This document shows positions 10,579 through 22,325 of a stretch of DNA of 44,897 nt, in pieces (within the stretch, counting starts at the first letter, position 1; each line of letters begins with the position of its first letter). The DNA is from Pelomyxa schiedti. Its lineage: Eukaryota; Protista; Evosea. The notes under the pieces were generated by a model that was given only the letters and a program-made list of their open reading frames with translations, searched no databases and was not told the origin of the DNA. The translations under genes were made by a program, and so were the position numbers. The DNA lies in assembly GCA_020536535.1 (NCBI GenBank), contig JAHLWZ010000218.1:1-44897 (forward strand). The letters run 5' to 3'.

Positions 10579-13500
10579 CTAATGGTTATCTGATGCTGAG
10601 GGTGTTGTTGTGGAGGATGTTGGTTGGGATTCTGATGGGGTTGTCGAGTTGGTTGATGCAGAACCTGTCCTGGGCTTTTTGGGTGCAGTTGGGCTGGCCA
10701 CATCACCACTTGTTGCTGTGGCAGATGCTGATGTGGGTGCGGGTGCGGATGCTGGTGTTGTTGCTTTGGAGTGATGTTTCCTGTGCTTGCCGGTGGATTT
10801 GCCGGTTCCGCTGTCACTCTTTTTGTGGTGGTGTTTCTTGGTTGCGGGTGATGTGGAGCTGGTTGTGGATGTGGTTGATGTGGTGGCTGTTGTTGTGTTT
10901 GAGTCTCCTTTTGCCGGGGCCGCGGTGTCACTGGATTTCTTGTGCTTGCCGGTTCCGCTGGTTTTTTTGTGAGTGTGGGTGTGCTTGCGCTTACCGGCGG
11001 CTGCTGTGTCATTGGAATGCTTTCGGTGGGTTTTGTGACCTTTCTTATCTGCTGGGGTCGTGTTGGTCGATTGAACGCTTGATTGTGTTGTGGATTCTGT
11101 GCTGGGTGTGGTGGCGGTACCGGTAGAAGATGTTGGTGTTGATCCCGGCGTTGATGTTGCTGGTGTTGATCCAGTAGGAGCTGGCGTGGACGAGGTTGTT
11201 GTACTTGATGCTGATGAGGAAGGTTTTTTGTGTGATTTTCGAGGCTTGGTTTTCTTGTGGGGATTAAAAGATAGAAACAGAAACGGGAATTGAACCTTTT
11301 TATCGGTGTTCTTTGGTTTGAAGAGGTCATCTTCCTCACTGGAGGATGCTGGTGGTAAGGCAGCTTGCTTTTCAGGGTCAGAAACGTAGTCTTCATCAAA
11401 TTCTTCAGGAACTTCCTCCTCAACCACAGGTTCAAAATCCTCATCCTCTGAGCTGTCTTCGTCATCATTCCCATTGACCGGGGCATCAAGTGTCTTCTGA
11501 GGCAGTGTCAATTTTTTCGAAAAGGGTGAAAAGGTTTAATGTGATACCTGTATCATTTGTTTTGGTTCCTCCCTACTGTCGTCTTTGGACCTGTCGCCAG
11601 TTTCATTTGCCCTTACTTTAAGGTGGAGCTTTTGCACCCATTCTATCAGTTTTGCATACTCTTGACGGAACATATTGGTAAACTAAATTATATCAGGTGG
11701 ATTACAGCTGTTTTGTTGGAGGTACTTGAAAGGCCGTTTCATCTTTCATGGTAACCTTTTTGTTGTTGAGACAATAACAAAAGAGAGGCAGTGCTCACCA
11801 GGAAGTCGAATGTCCTTGTGGCACCACTTGCACCACCGCCAGAAGAAAGACGAGCAAACTCTACAGACTCAATTTCATTGTACTTCACATACACCACTTT
11901 GTGGACAAATATAAATGCCTCCTCAAGAGGAAAGATAAACCCATCATTTGCTTTATAGCTGCACTTGATCCCGTGTTGGTCGAGGTGAGAACGGAAAACT
12001 CCTGACTTAGTTACATTTGAACCCGTGACGGTTTCTATGATCTATGGAGGCGGTTACTACAAGACGGGTTGCCTGTCTTTGATACATACTTCAGGAACAA
12101 TTCTAGCAGAAGGCCCTGTCATTTGAGGTTGCAGGTTTTTCCATTTAGCAGCTTGCTCCTCAGTCATGTTGATCTTCAAATCAATCTGCATGTAGAATTA
12201 TTTTACCATACTAATAAAAAGCTCTGTTTGCTGTATTACCTCCTTATTCATATCCAAGTGGAGAACGAAATGGTGATACTTAAGCTGCCCCTGACGTGGA
12301 GGAGGGTCCACGCTGACAACGAGAAAGATGTAATGACTCGAGGGCTGGGCCAGGGAGTATAGCTTTAATGTATCAAATGACAACTTGTAGTCATATGACA
12401 TGCCGTGAAGCTTGATGAACCCTCCTTGAAAGAGCTCGATATCATATCGCCCACGTGGCATTAGAATTTGCACACCTGGTAATCATTGGTAATAAGTGGG
12501 TACAATTTATATTGAGAAAATACCAGCGAAAAGAACAATCGACGCCCCAGATGGTGCAACCGAGTCTGTCTTCTTGGCAAGGCTCTGTAAGCTATGAGTC
12601 TCACAAGAGCAAAGTAAACACTTTGTACTTGCTGGTATGCTTTCACCATGGAGTCTGCTACTTCGTCAACTGTTGGAACATGAAGTCGTATTTCAACAAG
12701 GGAATCCATCTACTCAAGGCTCAACATGTGTTTTGTTCACAGAAACATACCATTCTGTCATCAACAGAATCTGGGTGATGCAATTCAAGGGACACTTCAG
12801 AGGATTTCGTAGATGTGCTCAAACACTGTGAGATTTGGCCAAACGGGATCTCGAAGACCTGCAGTGAGAGGTGGTACCAAGTTTGGAAGGATGCAGGAAG
12901 CGGGAAAAAAGATTAATACCGTTTGTTCACCACTTTTGAAAACAAACATTGATTCTCCAACTTCAACCTCTCCCCAATTCCAGCCTTTAGAAAAGAGCGT
13001 TTCTGTCTGATGCGATGAAGTGAATATCTTCCAAAGACATAACGAGACCTCTCACCTGCAAGTCAATGGAATAGTGAGTTCTCATGAAGGCCTTGATTGT
13101 CTTGAAATCGGCCTCAGCAAAACCAGTGAAGCCCACACAGTTGCTATTTCGTGTCACAATCTGGGCAACAATATATGTGAGAAAAGTGACAACCAAATGC
13201 CTCCCCACTACCCCACCAGAAAGAGAGACTAGAAGAACTAGTTCACCTTTAGTTGACCGGTCTTATTGCTCAGTCTTGTCCAGATAGCTTCCCTTATATC
13301 AGTAACGGGAATGGCAATGGGCTTAGCGTTTGCAGGGTTTCTGCCTGGTCCACTCCCCTTCCAACCAAGCGCCGCAGGGTGCAACTTGAAGAGTCCCGTA
13401 GGTGCCCCTTTACTCACATTAGATAATCAAGAACTCCACAATAAATACTTGCAAGTAATTGAAGGAGTATTCTTTGTTTTTCACACAAAAAAAAAAAAAA

Positions 13501-13703
13501 AAAAAACACAAACGATGCGCAAGCCAACCTGGTCTCTCCCTGCAAGCGATCCTGTGGTACGCCTGCGTTGTTGGCTCCCCGCTCGCCGCCGTCGTGTGTA
13601 TGCTGTCCATCGCCAGCGACGCGGGACCCTCGTCGTCCATCGCCATCCCCCCAGATCCTGTCGCACTTCCGGCTCCCGCTGACGCGCCTTCCCCGTCCCC
13701 CAT
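10579..13703 (-). CDS. SSRP1: FACT complex subunit SSRP1/Pob3
   Basis: KGWNWG, LVEIRLHVP, PRGRYDIELF, GMSYDYK, DPPPRQGQLKYHH, CSYKANDGFIFPLE, then an acidic tract and a long T/S/H/K-rich tail. No HMG box seen. Confidence 0.92.
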
Positions 13704-13827
13704 CGATGCCACAATTTGTTTGGGTTATGGTTATCTAATCAACAACAGACTGGCAAGTTGGGTGTTGTATGAGGAGAAAGGGTCTGAGGAAAAAAAAAAC
13801 GGAGTGCCTTTGGGTTGCCTGGCTAGC

Positions 13828-16594
13828 TTATGGGTTATTGTGTTGGAGCTGTGCCGTGGTGGTGGGTTCTGTGGGAGTTGTGGCTGCTGATGTGGATGTG
13901 GCCTGTGAGGGTTCGCTTGTTGTTTCCGTGGTTGGTTGCGTAGCCGGTGTTGTTGTTGTTGTGCTTGGTTCCTGTGAGCTGGTGGTTGCCGTATCTTTTG
14001 CCGGGTCTTGTGGGTCCGGTTCCTGTGTAAGTGTAAGTGTTTAGATTATGCCGGTGTGGGTACTCACCCAGATGTAATCTGATGGGTCCGGCATGGAAGG
14101 TAGAAACTCGGACTCTTGACCGCAAATCTGGTGCTGTTGTAAGAACTGGGTTGGAAGACGCTTTTTACTTACTCTTCTAAATTCATTCTCAGCATACTCC
14201 ACCACTCCCGTAAAGTCTGGGATGGTGGCGGACCCAGGAGCAATGCTCAACTGAGGTATGCTGGCAAGGAATCCCCTGTAAAGGTCATTAATCCAATGAC
14301 CACTTCCCAGTGTCGTTACCTCTCATGGAGAGTGAAGAAAGCCGCCCAGAGGTACCCTGGGGTTGTGCTGGCTGTTGCTGTTGCAGATGCGGTTTCGGTT
14401 GAGGTTGCTGTTACTGCTGGAGGTGTAGCCTGCTCGCTTCCTCCTTGAGGTGCTGATTCTTGCACTATTGGTTTTTCCACTGGGGGAACAGGGGTTGGTG
14501 TTACAGCAGGGAATAAAGTATCCAGTGTAGTTTGCAGTGCAGAGCGGGAATGGGCAGAGTAAGGGGTTATCAGATGAATTAAATCTAAAGGATGGTTTAC
14601 ATTAATCATAGTGAGGGACCATGGCATACATTTCCCTTCAGGGCAGTGGGAAGTGTCATTCCCCAGCTGCAAAACATGGATGCTGTGGGGATTGTTGAAT
14701 GTCATAGGTGGGACAACAACAAAGACGCTCCTGTGAGGCGGTTGAAGAGAGTGAACTGTGATGCATACACATCTGTCAACGTCATTGATGCGCCTGGAAA
14801 AAATTCAGTTGGAGTGACATGACTACATAACACTTGCGTACTCTTGAGATGGGGCAAAATGAAGTGTAGAATTGGAAGCAATGGCCCATTTGGCTGTAAG
14901 TGGTGCTAATCCGGACCGTTTAATCTCCCATGAAAAATCTTTGCTTCCTTGTATTATCGGCTTCTGTGTGCCCTCTGGGGAGTCCGGCGGTGCTGTTGGT
15001 CCTGTTGTGGAATTGTCGGCGGCTGCAAGAGGAGCCGCGGGAATCCGGTGAAGTTCGCAAACAGAGGAGCGTAGCATGTAAGTCCCTTTGTACACAGCAC
15101 ATTCCCTAAGAGGAGTGAGAATTTGAAGGAAATAGACCCTACCACCTGCAGTAGGCTTGAGGTATCTCACTTGCCCCGTACATTGGAACGAGGAATGGGG
15201 TAGAGTTATACTTGCCAACAGATTTCAGGTAGGTTATAAGGGCCTTTTTCCCTTGTTCGACTGTGGTTGGTGTTGCACCTTCATGCGAGGTCAAAACAAT
15301 AGCAGAGTAAGAGGCATACCAGATGGCAGGTTGTTTTGATTTTCAACCAGCAGAGAGATGCTGTACAAAACGAAGTTTATAAGCTTGGGTGTCAGCTTGT
15401 GTTCCACAAGATAATCAACAAAAGTTTGGTTCCTCTGGGTTGTTTCAGGTGAACTCTTTGTTGCTATTGGGAGTCACAATTTGAGGAGAAAAATATGAGA
15501 CAAACTATTGGCTTCTGTGAGTTCTTTTTGAATCTCCTGCAAAAATTTCATCAGTAACCTCTTTTCCACAAGGTCTAAATGAGAGTTTGAGAACAGGGCG
15601 CTCCTGGAGTCTGGTACCTTCCAGAAGTTATGATTAAATACCGTTAACTCTTGCTTACCTCCCACAATCCCCTGGGAGAAAGAAGTAAACACTTATCAAG
15701 AGCCTTGAATTCGATGTAACGGGAAACACCCGATGAGGCCAAAGTAGAAACTGTTCGCCCGTTGCTAGGTCACTGACTTAGTTTTATTTCTTCTGAAACT
15801 GGGCTACCTCAGAAGGAGATGAGGACTCAGATCAATATTGTAGAATCTATTTTCTTTCTCTGAAACTATAAAGTCATCTCCGGGAGAAACAATCTAAGAA
15901 TCATCAGAAAATGCGGCCTTCCAGTACAATAAGCTTACCTTTACGTCACTGAGGTAGTCTGTGTGACCTTGCTTGATAGTAAAACGGTCATAACTGGCAC
16001 CAACAGCAAAAATTTCTTCCTCTAAAAAATTAAAGTCAAAAAAGAACTATGTCATAGAGTTTCCGCACTAGAATGATCTGCGGACTGTTCCTTTAACAGG
16101 TCTCTAAACTGATAAAGTGAGTAGGTGGCCAATTCAGAGCCGTAATAAGAATTTGTGTCCAAGTGTATCACGGAAAGGCCTACACGTGCCAATGCCCTGT
16201 ACGCATACAAATCATTAATAATATTTTTGCGCCGATAGATTATCTTCACTCACGCGGCCAGCACACTCTCAGCGAGGCTGGTCCCCACGATTGCTACGTC
16301 GTAATCTCTGACGTCAAGATCGTCAACCATCCTGGTCCCGCAAAGTCCACCAGGAACCTCTGCACAAGCAACCCACACATAGTACATGCAAGTTACATCA
16401 AGTATCAACACCACACGACAGCAACAAACCAGCCCCAACCCACACACACTCTATTCTGGTATGTTATAATTATGGCACGCAAAAAGTACAATGCGCTCAC
16501 TTGGCACCTCAACAGGGCTTTTACTCTCTGTCGTTGTGGTCGTCGTGGCACCCTCAACGACCCCCGCACCCGACACGCCCTCTACTGATGACAT
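13828..16594 (-). CDS. CHM: Rab escort protein (Rab geranylgeranyltransferase component A, GDI family)
   Basis: DYDVAIVGTSLAESVLAAALARVGLSVIHLDTNSYYGS, IDLSPHLL, LASSGVSRYIEFK, VPDSRSALF...LVEKRLLMKFL, CAVYKGTYML, CPEGK. Confidence 0.88.
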
Positions 16595-16850
16595 TTTTCT
16601 TGAGATTGATTCTCTGTAACTCTGGTCCGACGGAAGGAACCTCCCCCAACTGTGTCCAAGCTCCGTGTTGGGGTCCTTGTTCATTGGTGGTGAATGACTG
16701 GTCCTCAGCCTCTGATCCTTGTTCTTTGAAACCGATTTCAAGGTTTAGTTATTTTTTTTGTGTTCGCCTGCTTTTTTCCGAACCCACGAAACACAAAAAA
16801 AATACCAACACAAACCGACAGTACCACTACTACAGTGTAATATCAGAGGA

Positions 16851-19800
16851 ATGGAGTTTGGGAGTCAGTTTTTCTACTCGTCTAGTAGCGGGGAGCAAGA
16901 GTACGACGAGTTCGAGGAGGACGATGAGCCCGCGGCGCCAGCGGCTACGGCCACCGCCGCGGCGTCGTCGGGGGGAGCCTACGTGCCCCCGATGGCGATC
17001 CCCAGCGCCAGCTGGTCCGTGGGCGAGGAGATCAAGATCGTAATTATGGGAGGGGGCGGCGTGGGCAAGAGCGCCCTGACGATTCAGTACATCCAGAACC
17101 ACTTCATTGGTGCGTGCCTGTTATTGCATTTTCTGAAAAAAAACCCAAGCAAATCTGTTCGTTGTTTGGTTTTGTTGCGGTGGTGGACAATAATTAATAG
17201 TTTTCCTTCTTCTGAGTGTTATAACCTTTTTCTACAGATGAATATGGTGAGTATCTGAGTGTTTACTTTTATGCCAGGAATTGCTAATTTTACGAAGACC
17301 CAACTATTGAGGACAGCTATCGAAAGCAAGTCGTTATTGATGACCATACCTCACTACTGGATATCCTTGATACAGGTATATTACTACATTATCTACTTGA
17401 TTATGCAATTCTTCTCCTCCCGCAGCTGGACAAGAAGAATACAGTGCAATGAGAGACCAGTACATGAGAACTGGCCAGGGTATTTTACATCTTTCCCCTC
17501 ACACAAGCGTTAACCTCTCATTGCAGGTTTCTTGGTTGTCTATTCAATCACATCCCGGTCATCCTTTGAGGAAATAGTCAGTATGAGGGAGCAAGTTCTG
17601 CGAGTGAAAGATATTGATAGGGTACCAATGGTTCTTGTTGCCAATAAGTATGGATTTCATCCACCTTTTCAAGTTGACCACACTCTAGGAATGACCTTGA
17701 GGCAGAACGGCGAGTAGCAACAGGTGAAGGAGCGGAACTTGCGCGCTCCTGGGGAATTCCGTTCCTTGAGACCTCTGCTAAAACTAGACTCAATGTTGAA
17801 GCTGCCTTTGCTCAAATTGTACCATCGACATAAGCTGCAGTTATTTAACTAACGCATGCAAGGTAAGGGAAGTGCGAAATTCTCTAGCGCCTACTCCAAA
17901 GCCAAAACCAAAAAGAGGATTCTTCGCGGCGGTGAGCGAAACTTATATTCTGCCTAAACCTCACCAATTCTATGTAGTTATTAGGCAGTTCGTCCTCAGC
18001 AACCACTAGCACACCCACTGCTACTGCCACACCCAAGAGGAAAAAACCAAAAATGCGTAGGGCCGCTGTCTCCAGTACCAATGTGGTCCTCTTGAGTTTC
18101 GGAGACCTTGCAGATCCTGCTGCATTGATGACTGGTCAATAAGTAAAGTAAACCTCTTTGGAGCTTAGAAATCTTTAGGTGAACCGTTTATGTGTAAAAA
18201 CTGTTGTGGCTTCATGACTTCAACAAGTAAACTCATAAATTCTGGAAAAGGTATGGCACTTCTCTTAGCTGAAGAAACCAACCTGCTCTTTAGCAATTAC
18301 TGGATGGAAGTGTCAATTTTGTTTAACTGACAATTCGGCTACTGTGGACCCTGATGAGGTTCCTAAAGCTGACACCGTTGACTACATTTTGGCCCCACCT
18401 CCTGCGGATGTAATGTTCGAGTCCGTAATTGTATTTTGTATCGATGTAAGTGGCTCAATGTGCGTTACAACCGAAGTTCCAAATTTACAGGTTCCTACAG
18501 TCCCCCCAGGATCTTATGTATTCTGACTTCAAAACAGGCAGAGTGGCAGAAACTGAGAATGGGTGATAAGAAGACGGGCGGTAAGCCAACTGGGGCCGCC
18601 ACGGGACCTGACTTCGTGAGCCGCTTGCAATGCGTCAAAGCAGCCATCGACACTCACTTCCAACGTCTCTTTAAGCAGCATCCCCATAAAAAAGTCATGC
18701 TGATGACCTTTGGCAATGCTATCACGATTTATCCGAATACAACAACCACCACCGATCCAATTGTGATTGAAGGTGAAACTTTGCATGATTATGATGCACT
18801 GTGGCAAATCGGAAACAAGATTGACATCGAGGCAATGCAACCAATCGGAAAGACAAGGGAATTGCTTTCTAAGCAAGGTATTCAAGAGCAAAACCAACTT
18901 CACTCTTATTAATACCTCCAGTTGTTGGACTTGAGGAAGAGGGAGCAACATGCCTTGGCCCAGCCCTTGTAATTGCGGTATCACTGTGTGCACAGGTGAA
19001 GAGCCGGAGTGAAATAGTTTTAATGACTGATGGGCTCAGCAATGTGGGTCTTGGGGCACTGGAAGTTCACACAGAGGAAGCCAAGTACTCCTCATAACAC
19101 CCTTATCGGCATCAACTAATTGACTTCAGGGCCACAGCGGCAAATTTCTACAAAGAAATAGGCGAAAAAGCCCTGGAAACAAACACAACCATCAGTATTA
19201 TAGGGTTGGAAGGACAGGTAACTTGTCATTTTTGGTTCTGTTTATTTCCCTGACTCGATTCAGGACTCCACACATGGAAAAGCACTGGACCATACCCGTT
19301 GCGATGTCGCACTCGAGACACTGGGTAATTGTGCTGATGCAACACACGGAACAGTACTTTTCTTGGTCGTGTAGCTTTTCTCTTAACTCAGAAAAAGGTC
19401 AACATAGTGAATCCCCTAGAGCTTCTGCGACAGGTACAGCTTTTTGTCACCAGGAAATAAGGAAACTCGCGCTCATTCTCCACTAGATCCGTCTAATTCA
19501 CCAAAATCCCATAATTTCAACTGATGTGAAAATCTCGTTTGCGCTTCCGCCGACTATTGAAGTGGTTGATGAAGAGTTCAAGAATGCTGCCCGCCATGCT
19601 GGTGTGTCACCCGTTACAGCCGCCGCAACGCCAGCAGAAACAGACGAAGTAAAATCTACTGTTATTCAATGAAGTAATCCAACTCGGTTTAGGTTACGCA
19701 GCTGGTCACCCAGCTCAATGATAAAAAGGACGCAGCTGTGGAAGCAGAAGATTTTGATTTAGCTAAACAGATAAAATCCGAACTGGCCATATGTGAGCGC

Positions 19801-20865
19801 TTGAAAGAAATTGATGAAAACAAGAAAAAGGCAATAGCCGCTGAAGACTATGCTCAAGCCAAACAATTCAAGCAAGAATATGAAGAATTGCGGGCCACCA
19901 TCACATCTATCCCTGTCACCGCATCAACTTCCACCTCAAGTGCAACTGTAGCTACACCTACACCTCCAGCTACAACTGCAAGCACTTCCACAACAACCTC
20001 AACTTCATCCAGAAAACATAAACACAAACACGCACACGCAACTTCATCAGCACCAAAATTGGCACAAGTTGTAGTTGGTAATGCAACTGCAGAAATGGAC
20101 CAAACTTATGAACTTAGAACCCTTCCTCCAGTCCCTGGCCGTCCCGCTCCTGCTGTCCCCCACGCTTTGCCAGTGCAGGTGATCCTCTTTACCCTTCTCT
20201 CCTGATGAAAATCTGATAATAACATGCTTACATTACAGGCTCAAATCCATTACACTCTGCTTAACGGGCAGAAGAATATGAGGGTTATTACCAAGTCATG
20301 GAACACAACAGTGAACCGCTCTGCCGCTGAGGAAAGTGTGAATGTGTGCATAATAGGACTGCGTGCACTTCACAAGTTTGAGCCCCGTTTCCATTTTAAA
20401 ACTAACCGCCCTATAGGGGTGCATTCCTGGCCTCCTCTAAAAAGGATTATCCAGCTGCCCGCGAAGTGGTATTTTCTACTCTGAAGATGCTCAAACGGGC
20501 CGCGAAAACTGACATTCAGATGGAAGAGTACTATGTATGCACCGCGAGTTAGCAAACTATATTAACATACATTTGTTAGTCCACAGTTGGCCAATGTGAC
20601 CCGCTGGACCAACAGTTGAAAATGGCAGTTCAAAACTCCAAAACAGCAGCCTCAGATACAACAGCCAAGGCTCTCTACAAAGCCAAGTCATCATCAAAGG
20701 TGTGTTGACAGCATTACAGTCCAGTAATTCAACCCACTTACCCCCCCCCCTTTTCAGGATTTGCTTCTCTCAGGCCGACTGAAGACTACAGCAGTGAAGC
20801 GTCGTCAAGTATCAAAGGAGCTACAAGAAGAAGTAGGCCGCTTTGGCGTCGAAGCAAACTACTAA
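16851..20865 (+). CDS. Ras GTPase fused to a Sec23/24-type zinc finger, vWA domain and UVR motifs (cpRAS-like C-terminus)
   Basis: Spliced: [47 protein letters not shown]. Then CKNC...[35 protein letters not shown]. Stop TAA at 20863-20865, no CaaX. Confidence 0.88.
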
Positions 20866-20983
20866 CACGCCAAGTGCAGACAACTTTAAAAAAAAAAAGC
20901 ACTGTTTTTCTTAGTGACCGCAGCACTGCGGTTTTTCAACAATTCAAATTTGTTTCCGGGAACCATCAACCATCATCGATCTT

Positions 20984-22008
20984 ATGATGTACGGGTCGTT
21001 ATCATCACCAACAGCACGAGCAGGGTTACAAGAGAACGAGGCCGTGAGCGAGTACCACGCAACAGCGCCACCCATAATTCCGCCGCCTCCCACCGCGCCC
21101 CCTCCCCCTCCCTATCCTCCCTACCCCTACGTCGCAGGTTCGGCGCCATCGTGGTCGCAGCAGCAGCAGCAGCACCCGCGTGTGGGGGTCGTGGTGCACC
21201 ACACTGATGATCATGACCATGAGGACACGCCGATGATGACGATGATGATGGCCAATCAGCCATTGTTGCTACACCAACGACGAAGGGGGGGTGGTGGTGG
21301 TTGTGGCGGTAACACCCGTGGGCGTGTGATTCTGGCTGTATCCCTAATGAGTATGTAACAACCTATGTGTCCCTTTTTTTTTTTCTCTCTCTCTCTCTCT
21401 TTTTGTAATGCAACTAATGACACCTCCACTCAACAGTGACCGTTACTGTTATTTCCGTGATGACAACGTTGTACGCTTTGCAGAATCACAGCACTGGGAT
21501 GGTCCTACGGCAAGTTGTCACTTCCAACGCCGTGTATGTATGCCCAATTAGTAATAGGAAACAGCGTTGTATACCGTTGTCATTGCACTTGCTTCTTTGT
21601 TTGGGCCGAATAAGTATGAGACTAATGACCACTAGGAAAGAAGTGAGTACATCACGAGAAACCTGGACCGTGATTGGAGGTTGTCAACAGGCAATCTCGA
21701 TACCAGAACACACCACAGCCTACGTTGAGGTCACAGGCCACTGCAGGGCCAACGTGGACGCTTTGTTTGGTGGCCTGGTTGTAATGTCTGTGTTTGTGGA
21801 CAACCAACAACGGGGATTGGATGGCACCAGCCCAAACATCAACAGAGTGGCTGGGGGCACAGCTGCTACAAGCAGTGCCTATGTGGTTCCCTTTGTGGCC
21901 ATGGCATCAATCACTGTGGGGAGTGGAACACACAGTGTCGACCTGAGGGCCGCTGGATCCAGCTCATCACTTGACAGGTGTGCAATGACCACAAAGGTGT
22001 TCTACTGA
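20984..22008 (+). CDS. Hypothetical type II membrane protein with PPxY motifs and a C-terminal beta-rich domain
   Basis: Pro-rich N-terminus (PPPPYPPYPY), a hydrophobic segment spanning intron 1 (VILAVSLM..VTVISVMTTLYAL), and a ~120 aa beta-patterned C-terminus. Confidence 0.65.
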
Positions 22009-22044
22009 GGTGGCAGGGCCAAAAAAAAACACTGTAAAAAGGAT

Positions 22045-22134
22045 TGCTCCGGGTGGGGATCGAACCCACGACCTCAGCATGACTCAATACTATTCTTATA
22101 AGTACCGCGCTCTAACCAACTGAGCTACCAGAGC
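22045..22134 (-). tRNA. trnI-UAU: tRNA-Ile(UAU) with a 16-nt intron
   Basis: GCTCTGG/CCGGAGC acceptor stem, AGCTCAGTTGGTTAGAGC D arm, CT-TAT-A loop followed by intron AGAATAGTATTGAGTC, GGTTCGATCC T arm, downstream T run. Confidence 0.95.
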
Positions 22135-22226
22135 AAGTTAAAAATTCAGAGAATTGGCACTCGGAGAGGAGCCGTGCTCCCCCTTCTGGAATAACATGGG
22201 CATTCAAGACAATGGCTTGTTAATAA

Positions 22227-22298
22227 GGCTCCGTAGTATAATGGTTAGTATGGGAGATTTTGGCTCTCTTGATCTCAGTTCGATTCTGAGCGGGGCCA
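22227..22298 (+). tRNA. trnQ-UUG: tRNA-Gln(UUG)
   Basis: 72 nt. GGCTCCG/CGGGGCC stem, GGAGA-TT-TTG-GC-TCTCT anticodon arm, CTCAG-TTCGATT-CTGAG T arm, downstream T runs. Confidence 0.93.
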
Positions 22299-22325
22299 AT
22301 ACTTTTATTTTTTGTTTAGAGCTCC

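Noticed and set aside
22227-22298. Alternative reading as tRNA-Pro(UGG)
   Set aside because: Anticodon stem pairing (GGAGA/TCTCT) centres the 7-nt loop on TTG.
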